NCBI GenBank assembly: GCA_963713045.1
Contig: CAVQKE010000007.1
Span: 32,001-96,000 of the forward strand
Source of the DNA: an uncultured delta proteobacterium
Lineage (GTDB): Bacteria > Myxococcota > Myxococcia > Myxococcales > Myxococcaceae
DNA length: 64,000 nucleotides
Reading direction: 5' to 3'
The notes beneath the pieces are model-generated. The model had not been told where the DNA came from. It worked only from the letters and a program-made list of their open reading frames with translations, and did not search any database. Both the position numbers and the translations under genes were made by a program. Of the stretch, positions 11,395 through 23,404 are shown piece by piece. Position 1 is the stretch's first letter. Each line of letters begins with the position of its first letter.

Positions 11395-13416
11395 ATGGCC
11401 CCTGCAACCCGACTTGGCAAATACCAACTGCTGCGGAAGCTCGCGACCGGCGGCATGGCGGAGGTGTTTTTGGCCAAGACCGCTGGCCCGATGGGTTTCG
11501 AGAAGCAGCTGGTCATCAAGCGGATTCTTCCCCATCTGGCAGAGGACCCGCAATTCGTTCAGATGTTTCTGGGCGAAGCGAAGCTCGCCGCTCGCCTCAA
11601 CCATCCCAACCTGGTTCAGATTTTCGACTTCGGCGAATCCGACGGCAGCTACTTCATCGCGATGGAGTACATCGACGGGCCAACGCTGCGCCTGCTGCTG
11701 CAGCGCGCGCGTGAAAAGTCGCTGGCGATTCCGTTCGTGCTGGCTGCACGCATCGTCTCCGCCGCGGCCGAAGGCCTCGCCTATGCGCACGAATTCACCG
11801 ACGGGGCGACCGAGGAGCCCCTTCAACTGGTGCACCGGGACGTCAGCCCCGACAACATTCTCATCTCTCGCAACGGCTCGGTGAAAGTGGTGGACTTCGG
11901 CATCGCCAAGGCCAAGGGCGTCAGCCACCACACCCAGACCGGGACCATCAAAGGGAAAGTGGCTTACATGGCGCCCGAGCAGCTCAAGGGCGAGCCGCTC
12001 GACCTTCGTGTCGACTTGTACGGTCTTGGGGTGGTCCTCTACGAATTGGTCACCTTGGGAATGCCCTACGAGGCGGCGAGCGACGCCAGCCTCGTACGGA
12101 GGGTGCTTTATGAGCCCTATGTGCCGCCCGCCGAGCGCCGGCCCGAGCTCCCTCTCGCGCTGCAGCAAGTTCTCGCGAGGCTGCTGGCGAAGGACCGCGA
12201 GGAAAGGTACCGGGACTGCCGAACTCTCGAAGCGGACTTGGAACGGTACATCCACGCAACTGGCGAAACGTCGAGCGGCTACGCCTTGGCTCAGTTGGTG
12301 TCGCGGCTGGTGCCGACGGTGCCCGTCGGGGTGATTGCCGAGCCCGAAATGCCCATCTTTACGCCGTCAGCACTCAGTGCCTCCGAAGCCTCTCCGGCTG
12401 TGTTTGCAGTCGAGGCTGGCAACGTCGACGGAGAGGCCAAGACGGCCGTCGCCAGTGCCCGGCCAAAGCGAGGAGGGCCAGAAGGCTTTGTCTTCCCTGG
12501 AGCCCTCGAATCGGAGCGTGCCCCGGCCGGGCTGGCCCAACCGTTGGGTGGTGTTGACTTCGCGGGCACCGACTTACATGGCGCCGCGGCGAGGACCGAC
12601 CCAATTCGCCACGCTCCACGCAGCGGCTTCAATTGGCTCCTCGCCGTGGCACTCCTCGCCCTGGCGCTGGGCGGCACGTGGTTTGCCTGGCCTCGGCTTT
12701 CACCACTTCTCGGCCTCTCGCCGTTGGCCTCCCCGGTTGCCGTTGCGCCACCGGAAGCTCAGCCGCCACCTCCGCCGCCGCCTCCCGCGCCGACCCCGCC
12801 ACCTGCAGCAGTCCCTGTCGTCGCGGCGCCAGTGGCGGCGCCACCGGAACCGGCGCCGCTGCCGGCACCCCCCAAGCCAACTCCTCATGTCGCCGCTCCA
12901 GCGCCAAAGGCTAAGCGCGACACAGCGGTCTCCAGCAAACTGCTGGGAGCGTTTGCGGCAGCCGAAGCTCAGGCTTCGAAAGAGGAGGCCTCATCGGAAA
13001 CCGGTCCGGCTCGCATCCGCTTTGAGAGTCAGCCACGACTGCACGTGCGCCTTGGCGACCGCATTCTTGGGACAACGCCACTGGTGGTGACACTGCCGGC
13101 CCCTGGCTCCGCCGACGTTGAACTCTTTGATACCGGGCTCGGTCTGAGCCGGGTGGAGCATGTCGACCTCGAGGCTGGCGACAACCCACCGCGAAAGGTC
13201 ACCTTTGAAAAGGGCGCCATCGACTTCCAAGTGCAGCCCGGTATCACCGTCTACGTCGACGGCAAGAAGGTCGGCATCGCCCCCTTCGACAAGCCGGTGC
13301 CGCTGTATGAAGGCAAGCACCCGGTCCGACTCGTTCTGGATGGCCAGGAGGAGCGGCGGACGTTGACAGTCACGCCAAACGAGACGGAGACCCTCGAATT
13401 CACCTTTGAACGGTGA
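11395..13416 (+). CDS. Membrane Ser/Thr protein kinase with Pro-rich linker and C-terminal PEGA-like domains
   Basis: [31 protein letters not shown] segment, [12 protein letters not shown]. Confidence 0.93.
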   Translation: MAPATRLGKYQLLRKLATGGMAEVFLAKTAGPMGFEKQLVIKRILPHLAEDPQFVQMFLGEAKLAARLNHPNLVQIFDFGESDGSYFIAMEYIDGPTLRLLLQRAREKSLAIPFVLAARIVSAAAEGLAYAHEFTDGATEEPLQLVHRDVSPDNILISRNGSVKVVDFGIAKAKGVSHHTQTGTIKGKVAYMAPEQLKGEPLDLRVDLYGLGVVLYELVTLGMPYEAASDASLVRRVLYEPYVPPAERRPELPLALQQVLARLLAKDREERYRDCRTLEADLERYIHATGETSSGYALAQLVSRLVPTVPVGVIAEPEMPIFTPSALSASEASPAVFAVEAGNVDGEAKTAVASARPKRGGPEGFVFPGALESERAPAGLAQPLGGVDFAGTDLHGAAARTDPIRHAPRSGFNWLLAVALLALALGGTWFAWPRLSPLLGLSPLASPVAVAPPEAQPPPPPPPPAPTPPPAAVPVVAAPVAAPPEPAPLPAPPKPTPHVAAPAPKAKRDTAVSSKLLGAFAAAEAQASKEEASSETGPARIRFESQPRLHVRLGDRILGTTPLVVTLPAPGSADVELFDTGLGLSRVEHVDLEAGDNPPRKVTFEKGAIDFQVQPGITVYVDGKKVGIAPFDKPVPLYEGKHPVRLVLDGQEERRTLTVTPNETETLEFTFER

Positions 13417-13520
13417 AAACGGCGCGCGTGCCGCCTCGGACCTTCTAGGCGCGGTGCTGCCTAGAATTGAGGAGTGGCACAGAAGGTGCCACCTTCTCCG
13501 TTCCCGGAAGGAAGAACCTC

Positions 13521-13982
13521 ATGTCCGAAGCGGGCACACCCAATTGGCGCACCGAAGGCGTTCAAATTGTCCGGGCAGGAACCCTCGACCCCAACACGGC
13601 ACAAACCCAAGGGATGACTCGCGCCGCCGCAATCACCAGGGCTCGGGTTGGGGCGGAGAAGCTGTGGGCAGGAACGGTGACCATCCAACCCACCGCGAAG
13701 ACGGGCGCCCACCACCACGGCAGTGTCGAGTCGGTCATTTACGTCCTGAAGGGAAAGGCCCGAATGCGCTGGGGCGAGCGGTTGGAATTTCTGGCGGAGG
13801 CCGGCCCTGGAGACTTCATTTACGTTCCACCCTACGTTCCCCACCAGGAAATCAACGCCTCCGATGACGTCCTGGAGTGTGTCCTCCTGCGGAGCGGTCA
13901 AGAGCCGGTCGTCGTGAACCTCGACATCACGCCCGTTGAGAAGCCGGAAGCCGTTCGGTGGGTGGACGACGTTCATCGCTGA
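13521..13982 (+). CDS. Cupin domain protein
   Basis: GAHHHGSVESVIYV...GPGDFIYVPPYVPHQE. Confidence 0.9.
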   Translation: MSEAGTPNWRTEGVQIVRAGTLDPNTAQTQGMTRAAAITRARVGAEKLWAGTVTIQPTAKTGAHHHGSVESVIYVLKGKARMRWGERLEFLAEAGPGDFIYVPPYVPHQEINASDDVLECVLLRSGQEPVVVNLDITPVEKPEAVRWVDDVHR

Positions 13983-14048
13983 CCGTCGGATGATGACCGC
14001 CGCCGACGCTTGCGCCGCGCGACGTTTGTCGCTAGATGCCCTAACCAC

Positions 14049-14122
14049 GCGCGATTAGCTCAGATGGATAGAGCGTCGGCCTCCGGAGCCGAAGGCCACT
14101 GGTTCGAGTCCAGTATCGCGCG
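14049..14122 (+). tRNA. tRNA-Arg (anticodon CCG)
   Basis: Acceptor stem GCGCGAT/ATCGCGC, D arm AGCTCAG..GG..AGAGC, anticodon arm TCGGC-CT-CCG-GA-GCCGA, GGTTCGAGTCC T arm; CCA not fully encoded. Confidence 0.96.
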
Positions 14123-14166
14123 CAATTACAAGTGGTCGCGCGACCGAGTCAGCTCCGCCGAGTCCT

Positions 14167-14190
14167 TGTCCACATTTCTGTCCACATTTC
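14167..14190 (+). repeat. 12-bp tandem direct repeat TGTCCACATTTC x2 (candidate integrase arm site)
   Basis: Exact tandem duplicate 45 bp downstream of the tRNA 3' end; function inferred. Confidence 0.6.
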
Positions 14191-14510
14191 TGGGACGAAG
14201 CGTCAGAGGTCGTACGGCATTCGGCTGACTGGGGCTCGCCGGAACGCGCGAGCGACGTCAATGGTTTGGCGGCTCTCGATGCGGGCCCATGAGTCTGCGC
14301 TCCACGTCCATTCCGTCTCGCGCCGTAGATCGGGACCGGACCCTCACGGACTGCGCGCATCAAGCAATCAGCGAGGTGTGTTAGCCCGAAGCTGTGTAGT
14401 CAGTCCGAGGCTGTTACGTCGGCGCCCCTGAGCATAGTGTCCATACCGACGGCTCCCGTATTCAGGCGAGGGGAAGCCCCCGGGCCGCCATCATGTGCGA
14501 GGGAGGAATC

Positions 14511-14957
14511 GTGGGAAACAAGACTGCCGAAGAGCGCAACATGGAGTTGATGCAGACGCTGGACGACGCATGGAACGCGCAGGACTTAGAGACGTTCTCC
14601 AAGCGCCACAGAACCGATGTCGTAGTCCGCTGGCCCGGAAAGGGGCCGACCAACGGTGTCGACGCTCACCGGATAGAGGCAATACAGTTCTTCAAGACCT
14701 TCCCGGATCAGCGTTTCGGGTAACAGACCCTACAAGACGTTCTTTGCCTCGGGCGATTGGTCCTGCTCAATCGCGCATTTCACCGGCACGATGAAAGGGC
14801 CCATGTCCGGACCTGCGGGCAAGGAGATCCCACCGACCGGCAAGAAGTTCGACGTCGACTTCTGCACAGTGGCCCACTGGGACAACAACGGACAAATCAT
14901 TGAGGAGAATCTTTTCTACGATTGATTACCTTCATGAAACAAATCGGCCTGGGGTGA
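14511..14957 (+). CDS. SnoaL-like ester cyclase; frameshifted
   Basis: MQTLDDAWNAQD..FFKTFPDQ, then FASGDW..HFTGTMKGP..PPTGKKFDVDFCTVAHW in the next frame. Confidence 0.8.
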
Positions 14958-15224
14958 GCAGGTAATTCGATGTTTGAGGATAAGGCCCTGGAAAATTGGC
15001 CAAAGCGCACGACTGGCGACGAAACGAGCGACGGGCTTCTCGGCGCCGCCTCTATCGTCTGCCTCGACGTTTCGGCGGCCGGCTCTGCACCGAGGACACG
15101 ACTCCGACTTTGACTAGTGTGCCCGGTGGGGCGACTCCGTCGCACGCGAGAGGCCGCTGGCCGGCGTCTGACGTCCGCGTGCTCCCGTTGGGACGGAGGA
15201 GGTCGCCGTGTAGGCTGTTCCGGC

Positions 15225-16058
15225 GTGCTCTTGCGCCTTTCGAGCGATTTCCGCCGTACGATGGACCTGTCGCTGGTCCTGGAACAGGAGGGTATCCCCC
15301 ACGAGCTGCGCCGCTTGGGAGAGGCGCACTGGGCGCTCCAAATCGACGACCCGGACGCCGCGCGGGCGGAGGTGGCCATCGTCGCGTTCGAGCAAGAGAA
15401 CCCGCTGGAGGTGCGCCGTCCCGAGGGGTTCCACCCGATAGCGGGAGCGGTCGCCACGGGTCTCGCATTCGCCCTTGCACTCGTGACGTTCTACGTTTGG
15501 ACGGGTCCGGAGTCGGCCGGTTCACCCTGGTTCGAGCGGGGGAGCGCGGACGCGGCCGCAATCCTCCGCGGCGAGTGGTGGCGATCGGTCACCGCACTGA
15601 CCCTGCACGCGGACGCTGGCCATGCCGCCGGCAACGCCGTGCTGGGCGGGCTCCTCCTGGCGCTGCTCGCACGCTCCGTCGGCCCAGGGATGGCGAGCGC
15701 CCTGATATTGCTCTCGGGGGTCGCAGGAACCTTGGCCGCGGCCGGGCTCACGCGCCACAACTTCGTGTCCATCGGCGCCTCGACTGCGGTCTTCGGTGCC
15801 CTGGGCGCGCTGGCAGCCTTGCCGCGGGACAGTCGCCGCGTTTGGATGCCCCTCGTTGGCGGGTTGGCGCTGCTTGCACTCCTGGGAACGTCGAAGAGCG
15901 CCGATGTCGCCGGCCATCTCTGCGGATTCATCTCCGGAGTGCTGGCCGGCGCGGCGGTGTCGCTCCTGCCGCCGCTGCAGAACCGGGCTGCTCAAGCGTC
16001 TCTCGCGGTCGCCGCCGGGTGCGTCCCGGTTGCCGCATGGCTCGCCGCCTTTCGTTGA
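15225..16058 (+). CDS. Rhomboid intramembrane serine protease
   Basis: GEWWRSVTALTLHAD..H..GN, GASTAVFG, GHLCGFISG. Confidence 0.9.
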   Translation: MLLRLSSDFRRTMDLSLVLEQEGIPHELRRLGEAHWALQIDDPDAARAEVAIVAFEQENPLEVRRPEGFHPIAGAVATGLAFALALVTFYVWTGPESAGSPWFERGSADAAAILRGEWWRSVTALTLHADAGHAAGNAVLGGLLLALLARSVGPGMASALILLSGVAGTLAAAGLTRHNFVSIGASTAVFGALGALAALPRDSRRVWMPLVGGLALLALLGTSKSADVAGHLCGFISGVLAGAAVSLLPPLQNRAAQASLAVAAGCVPVAAWLAAFR

Positions 16059-16229
16059 ACGTCCCAACGAGCAGCGGGCCGGAAGAACGAGTCATTCCTA
16101 CGCCCTGCGCCTGGAGCCGCTTGGCGGCCACCGCGACTAAGCCCGTGCCCTGAGACGATCCTCACTCAAGGCGTGGAAATGGCCGGGAAACGCTGAAAGC
16201 GGCCGCTGCATTTCCCCCAGGGGGCCGTG

Positions 16230-18074
16230 TCACGGCGTCCGGAGGCAGACAATAGGGTGCGCCCGGGTACACAAGTCACTCGACGGCACCAACGCGGTAG
16301 CGCCCAAGTCAAACCGGCGGATACGGCCGACCTGCCCTGAGCCCCCCTGCCAGCCACTGCAGTCGGGAGAACCGGACGTCCAGACGTAAGTGTCCGAGAG
16401 CGTGTTGGGCACCAGCCCGACCCCGTGAGAAGTGATGTTATCGGCTGTCTCCACGGGCGCTCCATCAGCGCGAACGTCGCCGTCGTGGATGGGGATGCCG
16501 CGCAGCTCGGACGCGACGAAAGTCCCGGGCCACCCAGCATCGGACGCATCTGCTTGGCACTGGCTGTCCGCACCCAGTACGCCGTCGGACGGCACCCAAG
16601 GGGTTGACAAGAAGGTGGTGCCCGCATCCAGAAAGCGGGAGGTAATCACGAGCCCGCTCGCGCCCGTCCCAAAGCACACGATGTTTGCGCTGCCGCTACA
16701 GGCGACCGGCGGGGCGCCCAAGTCATTGGACCAAGCATAGCCCATCGCCCCGGTGGTCCCCGCCGGCGTCACTCCCGTCGTCGATGTCCAATTGTTGCAG
16801 GTCTCGGACGCGGGGAGCGGAGTCCCGTCCACCGCCGCACCCGTCACCGTTGGCGTCGAGGTCGAGATGAGAGGCGCCCATGGCCTCGCCCCAGCGAGGG
16901 CTTGGATGTCCGGCGCGAAGATGGGAGAGGCATTGCCACTCACTCCTCCCCAGCCGTTGGAGCCCGCCAACAGCTGCGCCGGGTTCCGTCCCGTAGAAGC
17001 GAGCCAAGCAACAAACGTGCCGCCATAGCCTTTGCTGCTCGCAGCCGTATTGCAAGCAGAGTCGGCGCCAGAGCCGTCAGAACCAAAGCTAGCGAGCGGC
17101 AGGGGACCGGTCGTAAAAACGGAGTTGACTGGCTGAAAGTTGGCGGTGACTGTCAGCCCTGCGTCGACGTCGAGTTGGCAGCTTGGGCCGGCATCTGCGC
17201 AGGCGTCCCCCCATTGGAGAAGGACTGCGGAGTCCGGATCCTCGCCGCTTTGCAGAACCGCATCGAGCATCAGCGGTCCGAACCAAACAAAGGGACACGT
17301 CCCCACACACCAGTCGGTGGAAACGACGCCGGGTGGACCCAGGGCGACGAGTCCGTACGGCAAATCGTTGGCGAACCCTAGCCGGGTAACGTTCAAGTTC
17401 ACCAATGGGCCGACTTGGGCATTCACTGCCTTGTCTGCATTCACCGTGAAGCTGCACATCGGACTCGGGAAATATCCGCACGGGGGGCTCGTCCACTGGA
17501 CACCCTCCCCGGAGGGGAGCGAGAGGGAGAATTGCTCGGGCGTGCCATCAAAGACAGACCCCGAGCATTCCTGGCCTGTACAACTCGAATCGCCGCAATA
17601 ACCGGAACACGACCACAAAGGAATTGGAGGAGTCACCGTCAGCGTCGCTGCAGCGGCGGACACGAAGAGACCGACTTTCCATCCGACCTGTGCTTGGAGA
17701 ATCAGGTACGGAGCATCCCCGCCATTGCTCGATTGAACCTCGAGCGTGGCCTGCTGGCCGCCTGGGCTCTGGGCCGTTACTTGGACGGAAATGTTACAGG
17801 AGGCGCCAGCGGCCAGCGACGGCACGCAGCCTGGGGCGCTCACGCTAAAGGCCGATGGACCGCCACCTCCAATTGCGACGGAGATGCCCTCCGCTGCAGA
17901 GCCACCCGTGTTGATGAGCTGAATTGACATGGGCGCGGACGTGGGTCCTGGGACGCGTCCAAAGTCGAGCGGCGAAGGGGGCAGGCTTAGAAACGGACCC
18001 GACGTCTGTCCACATCCGGCGAAGACGAGAAGTATGGCGACCGGCGCCGAGAACAACCGTGGCCCGCGACTCAC
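16230..18074 (-). CDS. Surface lipoprotein: Ig-like (ASH/choice-of-anchor-D-like) + InlB-B-like repeats + two endostatin-like (DUF1554-like) domains
   Basis: Lipobox VFAGC; LDFGRV..INTGG..LAAGASCNISV; WGDAC..C.L.V...VTANF; GADSAC and GVLGADSQCQADA. Confidence 0.75.
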   Translation of the reverse strand: MSRGPRLFSAPVAILLVFAGCGQTSGPFLSLPPSPLDFGRVPGPTSAPMSIQLINTGGSAAEGISVAIGGGGPSAFSVSAPGCVPSLAAGASCNISVQVTAQSPGGQQATLEVQSSNGGDAPYLILQAQVGWKVGLFVSAAAATLTVTPPIPLWSCSGYCGDSSCTGQECSGSVFDGTPEQFSLSLPSGEGVQWTSPPCGYFPSPMCSFTVNADKAVNAQVGPLVNLNVTRLGFANDLPYGLVALGPPGVVSTDWCVGTCPFVWFGPLMLDAVLQSGEDPDSAVLLQWGDACADAGPSCQLDVDAGLTVTANFQPVNSVFTTGPLPLASFGSDGSGADSACNTAASSKGYGGTFVAWLASTGRNPAQLLAGSNGWGGVSGNASPIFAPDIQALAGARPWAPLISTSTPTVTGAAVDGTPLPASETCNNWTSTTGVTPAGTTGAMGYAWSNDLGAPPVACSGSANIVCFGTGASGLVITSRFLDAGTTFLSTPWVPSDGVLGADSQCQADASDAGWPGTFVASELRGIPIHDGDVRADGAPVETADNITSHGVGLVPNTLSDTYVWTSGSPDCSGWQGGSGQVGRIRRFDLGATALVPSSDLCTRAHPIVCLRTP

Positions 18075-20022
18075 GGCAGCACCTGTACGCAGCCAAGTCG
18101 GTGCGCCTCGCTGCATGAGGCCGTTGGGGGAACGAGAATCGGTGGACCCGTGGTCATACCGGACGATGCTTCCGACAGCACCCGGCCCCCCGTCCACCCG
18201 TTACAGTCGGATGAGGCTTTCTCGACCCACACATAGGTGTCAGAAAGAGTCGCCGGCACCATGCCCTGACCACGCGCATCGACGTTTTGCGGATCTGAAC
18301 TCACCAAGCCGTCGGTACGAACGGATGTACCGGGCTGAGTACCGCCCGGGGAGTGCAGACTGGCGGCGGCGAACGTGCCGCTCAGGCCAGCATCAGCCGC
18401 GTCGGCCTGACAGTGGCTGTCAGCCCCACTCAAGCCGCCCGCTGGAACCCAAGGCGAGGAAGTGAAGGTGAGGGCGATGGGCGGGGTAATGGGCGGCAAG
18501 ACAAGGTTTCCGACGACACCCTGGCCGAAGCAGGCGAGCATCGCCGAGGCGCTACAGGGAGAGTCGGCGCTCCGATGTCGACCGACCAGGCGTAGCCGAC
18601 ACCGCCGGAGGTGCCCGCCGGTGCCGTGCCGCTCGGGGACGTCCAGTCCTGACAGGTCTCGGTCATGCCGAGGGTGGTTCCGTCGGGGTTGGCTCCAGTG
18701 GCGATGGCCCGGCCGAGTGCCGGAGGAATGGCCGAGACGAGGCGCGGCCCGGTGATATCCGCAATCGTGCGTGCGGTAAGGATGTAGTCCCCTGGATAGG
18801 TGCCGGAGATCGCCCAACCGGACCCTGCGGCAAGCAGGGAGGCTGGGTTTCTCGTGCTCGTCGCGACCCAGGCGACGTACGGCTGTGTGTCCCTGTTCCC
18901 GAGGGCAGCCTGGTGGCACGCGGTGTCGGCGCCTGCGCCATCGGCGCCGATGGTGGAAAGCGCAACCGGCCCTGTGAGGAAGATGTTGTTGGGAGGGGAC
19001 ACGGACAGCGTGACGGTGGCGGCAAGCGTCACATTCAATGAGCATGTCTGAGAGGTGCCGCTGCACGCACCGCCCCACGCTTCGATGACGAAAGGCTCAG
19101 GGCTCTGCACAGTCAGCGTCACCGGGCCACTTTCGATAAAGCCACACGTCCCGCCAGAGCAGCTTTGGCCGCCCGGATCCACCACGGTCACCTGCGCACC
19201 CGCGGTGGTGAGCTCAACGGTGAGTGCAGGTGCGGCAGTCCCCACCAGTTGGGCATCGGCCGATACAGTAAAGGTGCAGCCGCCGCCGGGAAGGTTGTTG
19301 CACGGCGGCGTCCAACTGACCGCCATGCCCGTCGCCAAGCCAGTGACCGTAATCGTCAGGACGGTTCCGGCCGCAAAATAGGCCGAGCTGCCTCCCGTGA
19401 AATTGCAGCCCTCATTGCAATTCAGGCCCGCGGGCGACGACTGCGCAGCTAACGAAAAGACGAATGGCTCAATGTAAATGGAGATGAGTTCGCCGACGGT
19501 GCCGGTGATGTTGCACGTCGAGTACGAAAGGACGTTACCGACGTTACCCGTCGCCGTAAATGTTGCTTGCTTCTGGCCGAGCGTCTGTGGCGTGAGGCCA
19601 ACGGTTACCGGGCAAGAGGCGCCCGGCGCCAACTCCGATGGGCAAGCAGAGAAGTCGACCAGAAATTCGCTGGCCGTTCCGGAGGAAACCTTAAGGGTAA
19701 AGCCGAGGTTGGTGGCCGTGACCACGCCGGTATTGGTGAGCGTAATGGTTTGGGGGGGGACCGTCTGCACATTGGGAAACCGGCCCAAGTCGAGCGTGTT
19801 CGAGCTCAAACTGAGGGCGGCCGTGTCAGCGGTGCAATGCCCATTCAAGCACACCGACCCGGTGCAACAGTCCAAGCCGACATCCGACCCGCAGACGTTG
19901 ACCGAACAGCAGTCGGTGCCGCTGCACGTGCACTGGCCGGAGAGAGCGCAGTAGTCGGCAAAGCCAGCATTGGGGTCGCACGCAAGGAGCAGCAGCACGC
20001 AACCGAGGCCGACGCGCTTCAC
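18071..20022 (-). CDS. Paralogous surface lipoprotein with the same architecture; frameshift near 18550
   Basis: Lipobox LLLAC; Cys-rich start; LDLGR..LTNTG..LAPGASCPVTV; WGGACSG; GADTAC; GGLSGADSHCQADA in ORF 18071-19078. Confidence 0.75.
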
Positions 20023-20834
20023 GGGAATCGTCCGCTCAAGAGCAGCAACCCTCGCGACGGGTCGACGCCCAGTGTTACGGCCAGCCCAGGCGGCCGCGCG
20101 CCAGGCTTGTAGAGAAACAGGCCGACGACTGCGGCCGCGACGCTGACCGCCGTCAGCGAATAGCCGACGATGGCGTAGGTGTTGGCCGCGTTGCGGGCAG
20201 AGACTGCGTCCGCCAGTGGTAGACTGGGGTTTGGAAGCTTGGAGTTCTCGGAACCAGACAGCAGGAAGAAAGTGACGCCCGTCGCGAGCGCGGCGCCGCC
20301 GAAGATAAAGCAGGAGACACCGTAGGGTCGCGTCGGAGGGTCATATTTGAGGGAGCGCCCCGTTCGCGCGGCGAGCCCGTCGGCAACAACCTGCGTCTTG
20401 TTGACGAGCTCGCTCAGGAGCTCGGTGAGCGAAGGTGCGGTGGAAGCGACGGTTATCCACGGCTCGCCAACGCTGGACGTAACAACGAGCGAGAGTTTCC
20501 ATATGCCATGTTCAACAGACAGCTGCCCGCTCAGGATGGCCTGATAGTCGTCGACCTTGCCTCCACACTGCGGTTCGGGGGATGCGCACGCCACCAGCCG
20601 TCCCAGGCCCTCGGCTCCGATGCGGGACTCTATTGCCGCGGGGTCGTCCGTCGGTTGTCCCCATTGCCGCAGCCAGTAGATGACGTGGTGCTGAACGTAG
20701 GCGACTGAATCCTGCGCCCGCGTAGACGCGGCCACGATGGGCACAACCGCTAGCGCGGCAGGTTTCGTAGGGGCTGCGCCTTCGGATGGGGCGGCTGCGG
20801 CAAGCAGTCCAGCTAGGAGTATGGCCCCGGGCAT
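20019..20834 (-). CDS. Exported protein with myxobacterial two-TM C-terminus ending in SGRF
   Basis: Signal peptide; two hydrophobic helices; overlaps the start of the downstream lipoprotein. Confidence 0.65.
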   Translation of the reverse strand: MPGAILLAGLLAAAAPSEGAAPTKPAALAVVPIVAASTRAQDSVAYVQHHVIYWLRQWGQPTDDPAAIESRIGAEGLGRLVACASPEPQCGGKVDDYQAILSGQLSVEHGIWKLSLVVTSSVGEPWITVASTAPSLTELLSELVNKTQVVADGLAARTGRSLKYDPPTRPYGVSCFIFGGAALATGVTFFLLSGSENSKLPNPSLPLADAVSARNAANTYAIVGYSLTAVSVAAAVVGLFLYKPGARPPGLAVTLGVDPSRGLLLLSGRFP

Positions 20835-21313
20835 TTCCCCCCCTTGTTGCGGAGACGAGGAGTGTCACGTATGTAACATAGAGCTTAGCGAGGGTCCGGA
20901 TTGCAAGTCCGTCCCCGGACAGACATCGTCCTTGGCCCGCCTTCTGCGATCTCCGAGATGGCCGCGTCAGTGGCAAACTGAAAAGGATCGGGGCGTACCT
21001 GTCAAGAATCCGGGCCAAGATCGCCACATTGATTTCCCGAAGCAACGCCGACAGCTCGGCGGGCGTAGCGATTCTTCTCGCGACCAGGATCCCACTCATG
21101 GCAGCAAGCCATTAGCCAGGCCTGTTAGCTCGGCTAAGTTAGAAACAAGAAAAGCAAAAGGGTTGGTGATGGCGGTCGCTCTTGCGCTCGGAGAGGTGGA
21201 ATTACGAGCAGGACACTCTGACTGCAGCAGGTTGCTACGGGCGAATACGCAAACCGGTCCCTTCGTTGCTTCCTACAGCAACCCTAAGCTCACTAAGTGC
21301 GCTCAGCAGGAAA

Positions 21314-23290
21314 TTAGGACAGGTCTGCCTGCAGAATCGCCGAGAACACCGAGATGTAGAGAGCACCTGAGGTCGGGTCCACAGCCACACCCCAGGGGGA
21401 TGAGAGCACGCCAGGAAGTGGCCCCGGTACCATTCCGTTGTCTCCGGCCACTCCGACGAGAGTGGTCACCACCCCTGTTGGCGTTACCTTCCGGATGGTG
21501 CAGTTGTCAGTGTCCGCTACGTAGAGATCGCCGGCGCTGTCCAGCGCCACACCGCTGGGGCCCCAGAAGCGTGCGGTCGAGCCCGTCCCGTCAGAACTTC
21601 CACTTAAGCCAGCGCTTCCGGCAAGCGTCGTCACTACCCCTGCCGGAGTCACCTTCCGGATAGTGTCGTTATATTTGTCTCCGACGTAGACATTTCCGCC
21701 GCTGTCCACCGCCACGCCGAATGGGTTGTTAAAGCGTGCGGCCGAGCCAGCACCGTCGGCGCTTTCACATGCGCCAACACTTCCGGCAAGCGTCGTCACC
21801 ACCCCTGCTGGCGTCACCATCCGGATGGTGCAGTTGCTAGTGTCCGCGACGTAGACATTCCCGGCGCTGTCAACAGCCACGCCGTTTGCGCCGTTAAAGC
21901 CTGCGGCGGAGCCAGTCCCGTCGGCGCTTCCAGGTACCTCCGCAATTTCCCGCAGCGTTGTCACCGCCCCTGCCGGCGTCACCTTGCGGATGTCGTTGCC
22001 CTCCCCGACGTAGACATTTCCGGCACCGTCCACCGCCACCCCGAAGGGGCTGCTAAAACGTGCGGCCGAGCCGGTCCCGTCGGCGCTTCCAACTGCCCCA
22101 GCACTTCCGGCAAGCGTCGTCACCACGGCTGCCGGAGTCACCTTTCGGATGGTTCGTTGCCGGTGTCCGCAACGTAGGCATTTCCAGCACCGTCCACCGC
22201 CACCCCGAATGGGTTCGTTAAAGCTTGCGGCGGAGCCCGTCCCGTCAGCACTTCCAGTTGCGGCAGCACTTCCGGCGAGCGCTCATCACCACCCCTGCCG
22301 GCGTCACCTTGCGGATGGTGGAGTTGCCGGTGTCCGCGACGTAGACATTGCCGGCACTGTCCACAGCCACCCCCGAATGGGTTGTTAAAGCTTGCGGCGA
22401 GCCCGTCCCGTCAGCACTTCCAGTTGCGCCCGCAGTTCCGGGAAGCGTTGTCGCCATGCCTGCCGGCGTCACCTTGCGGATGGTGGAGTTGTCAGTGTCC
22501 GCCACGTAGACATTTCCGGCACCGTCCACCGCCACGCCGCTGGGCCAGTTAAAGCTTGCGGCGGAGCCGGTCCCGTCAGCACTTCCGGGTGCGCCCGCAG
22601 TTCCGGCAAGCGTCGTCACCACCCCTGCCGGCGTCACCTTCTGGATTCTGCTGTCGATTGCGTCCGCAACGTAGACATTTCCGGCGCTGTCCACCGCCAC
22701 CCCGGCAGCACTTCCAACGCCAGAATAGTTTCAGCAAGCGTTGTCACCACCCCTGCCGGAGTCACCTTCCGGATGCTGCCGTTGTCATCGTCCGCCCGCC
22801 GAAGCGTGCCGCGGAGCCGGTCCCGTCGGCGCTTCCACATGCTCCAGCACTTCCGGCAAGCGTCGTCACCAGCCCTGTTGGCGTCACCTTCCTGATCGTG
22901 CAGCTTCAGCGTCCGCTACGTAGACATCGCCGGCGCTGTCCACTGCCCCACCGCTAGGACCCCAGAAGCGTGCGGCCGAGGCGGCCCCGTCGGCGCTTCC
23001 AGCTGCCCCAGCACTTCCGGCAAGCATTGTCACCACCCCTGCCGGAGCCACCTTCCGGATGGTGTTGTTGTACGTGTCCGCGACGTAGACATTGCCAGCA
23101 CCGTCCACCGCCACCCCGGCGGGCACGCCGAAGCGTGCCGCGGAGCCGGTCCCGTCCACGTTTCCTGGACCCGCTGCAACTCCGGCGACAACTCAAGACT
23201 ACCCACTCCCCCGTCGGGGCTGTTAGAGCAACCACCCAGAAAACACACCGATAGTACGAAGCAGCTCCTGACGCGATTTGGTCGCACCAC
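21314..23290 (-). CDS. NHL-repeat beta-propeller lipoprotein; multiple frameshifts
   Basis: Many ~55-aa GSADGTGSAARF..P.GVAVD.AGNVYVADT.N.TIRKVTPAGVVTTLAG repeats; lipobox FLGGC near 23230. Confidence 0.85.
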
Positions 23291-23404
23291 GCACCCCCCC
23301 GAAACAGCAAACAAACATAGGAGCCGGCGGTTCGAAGTGCAACAGCTCCAAGGGCCGATGCGTGTCGCCATCGTGCTGGACTCTCTTGTCGCCGGCGCCG
23401 TCAA

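Noticed and set aside
4298..12255. Long alternative ORFs (e.g. 4298-5263, 7967-9238, 11284-12255)
   Set aside because: Arg/Pro/Gly-rich shadow frames overlapping well-supported genes in GC-rich DNA.
21314..23160. Periodic ~165-bp repeats as a CRISPR array or DGR
   Set aside because: The whole unit is repeated and encodes NHL repeats; no unique spacers, cas genes or intact RT.
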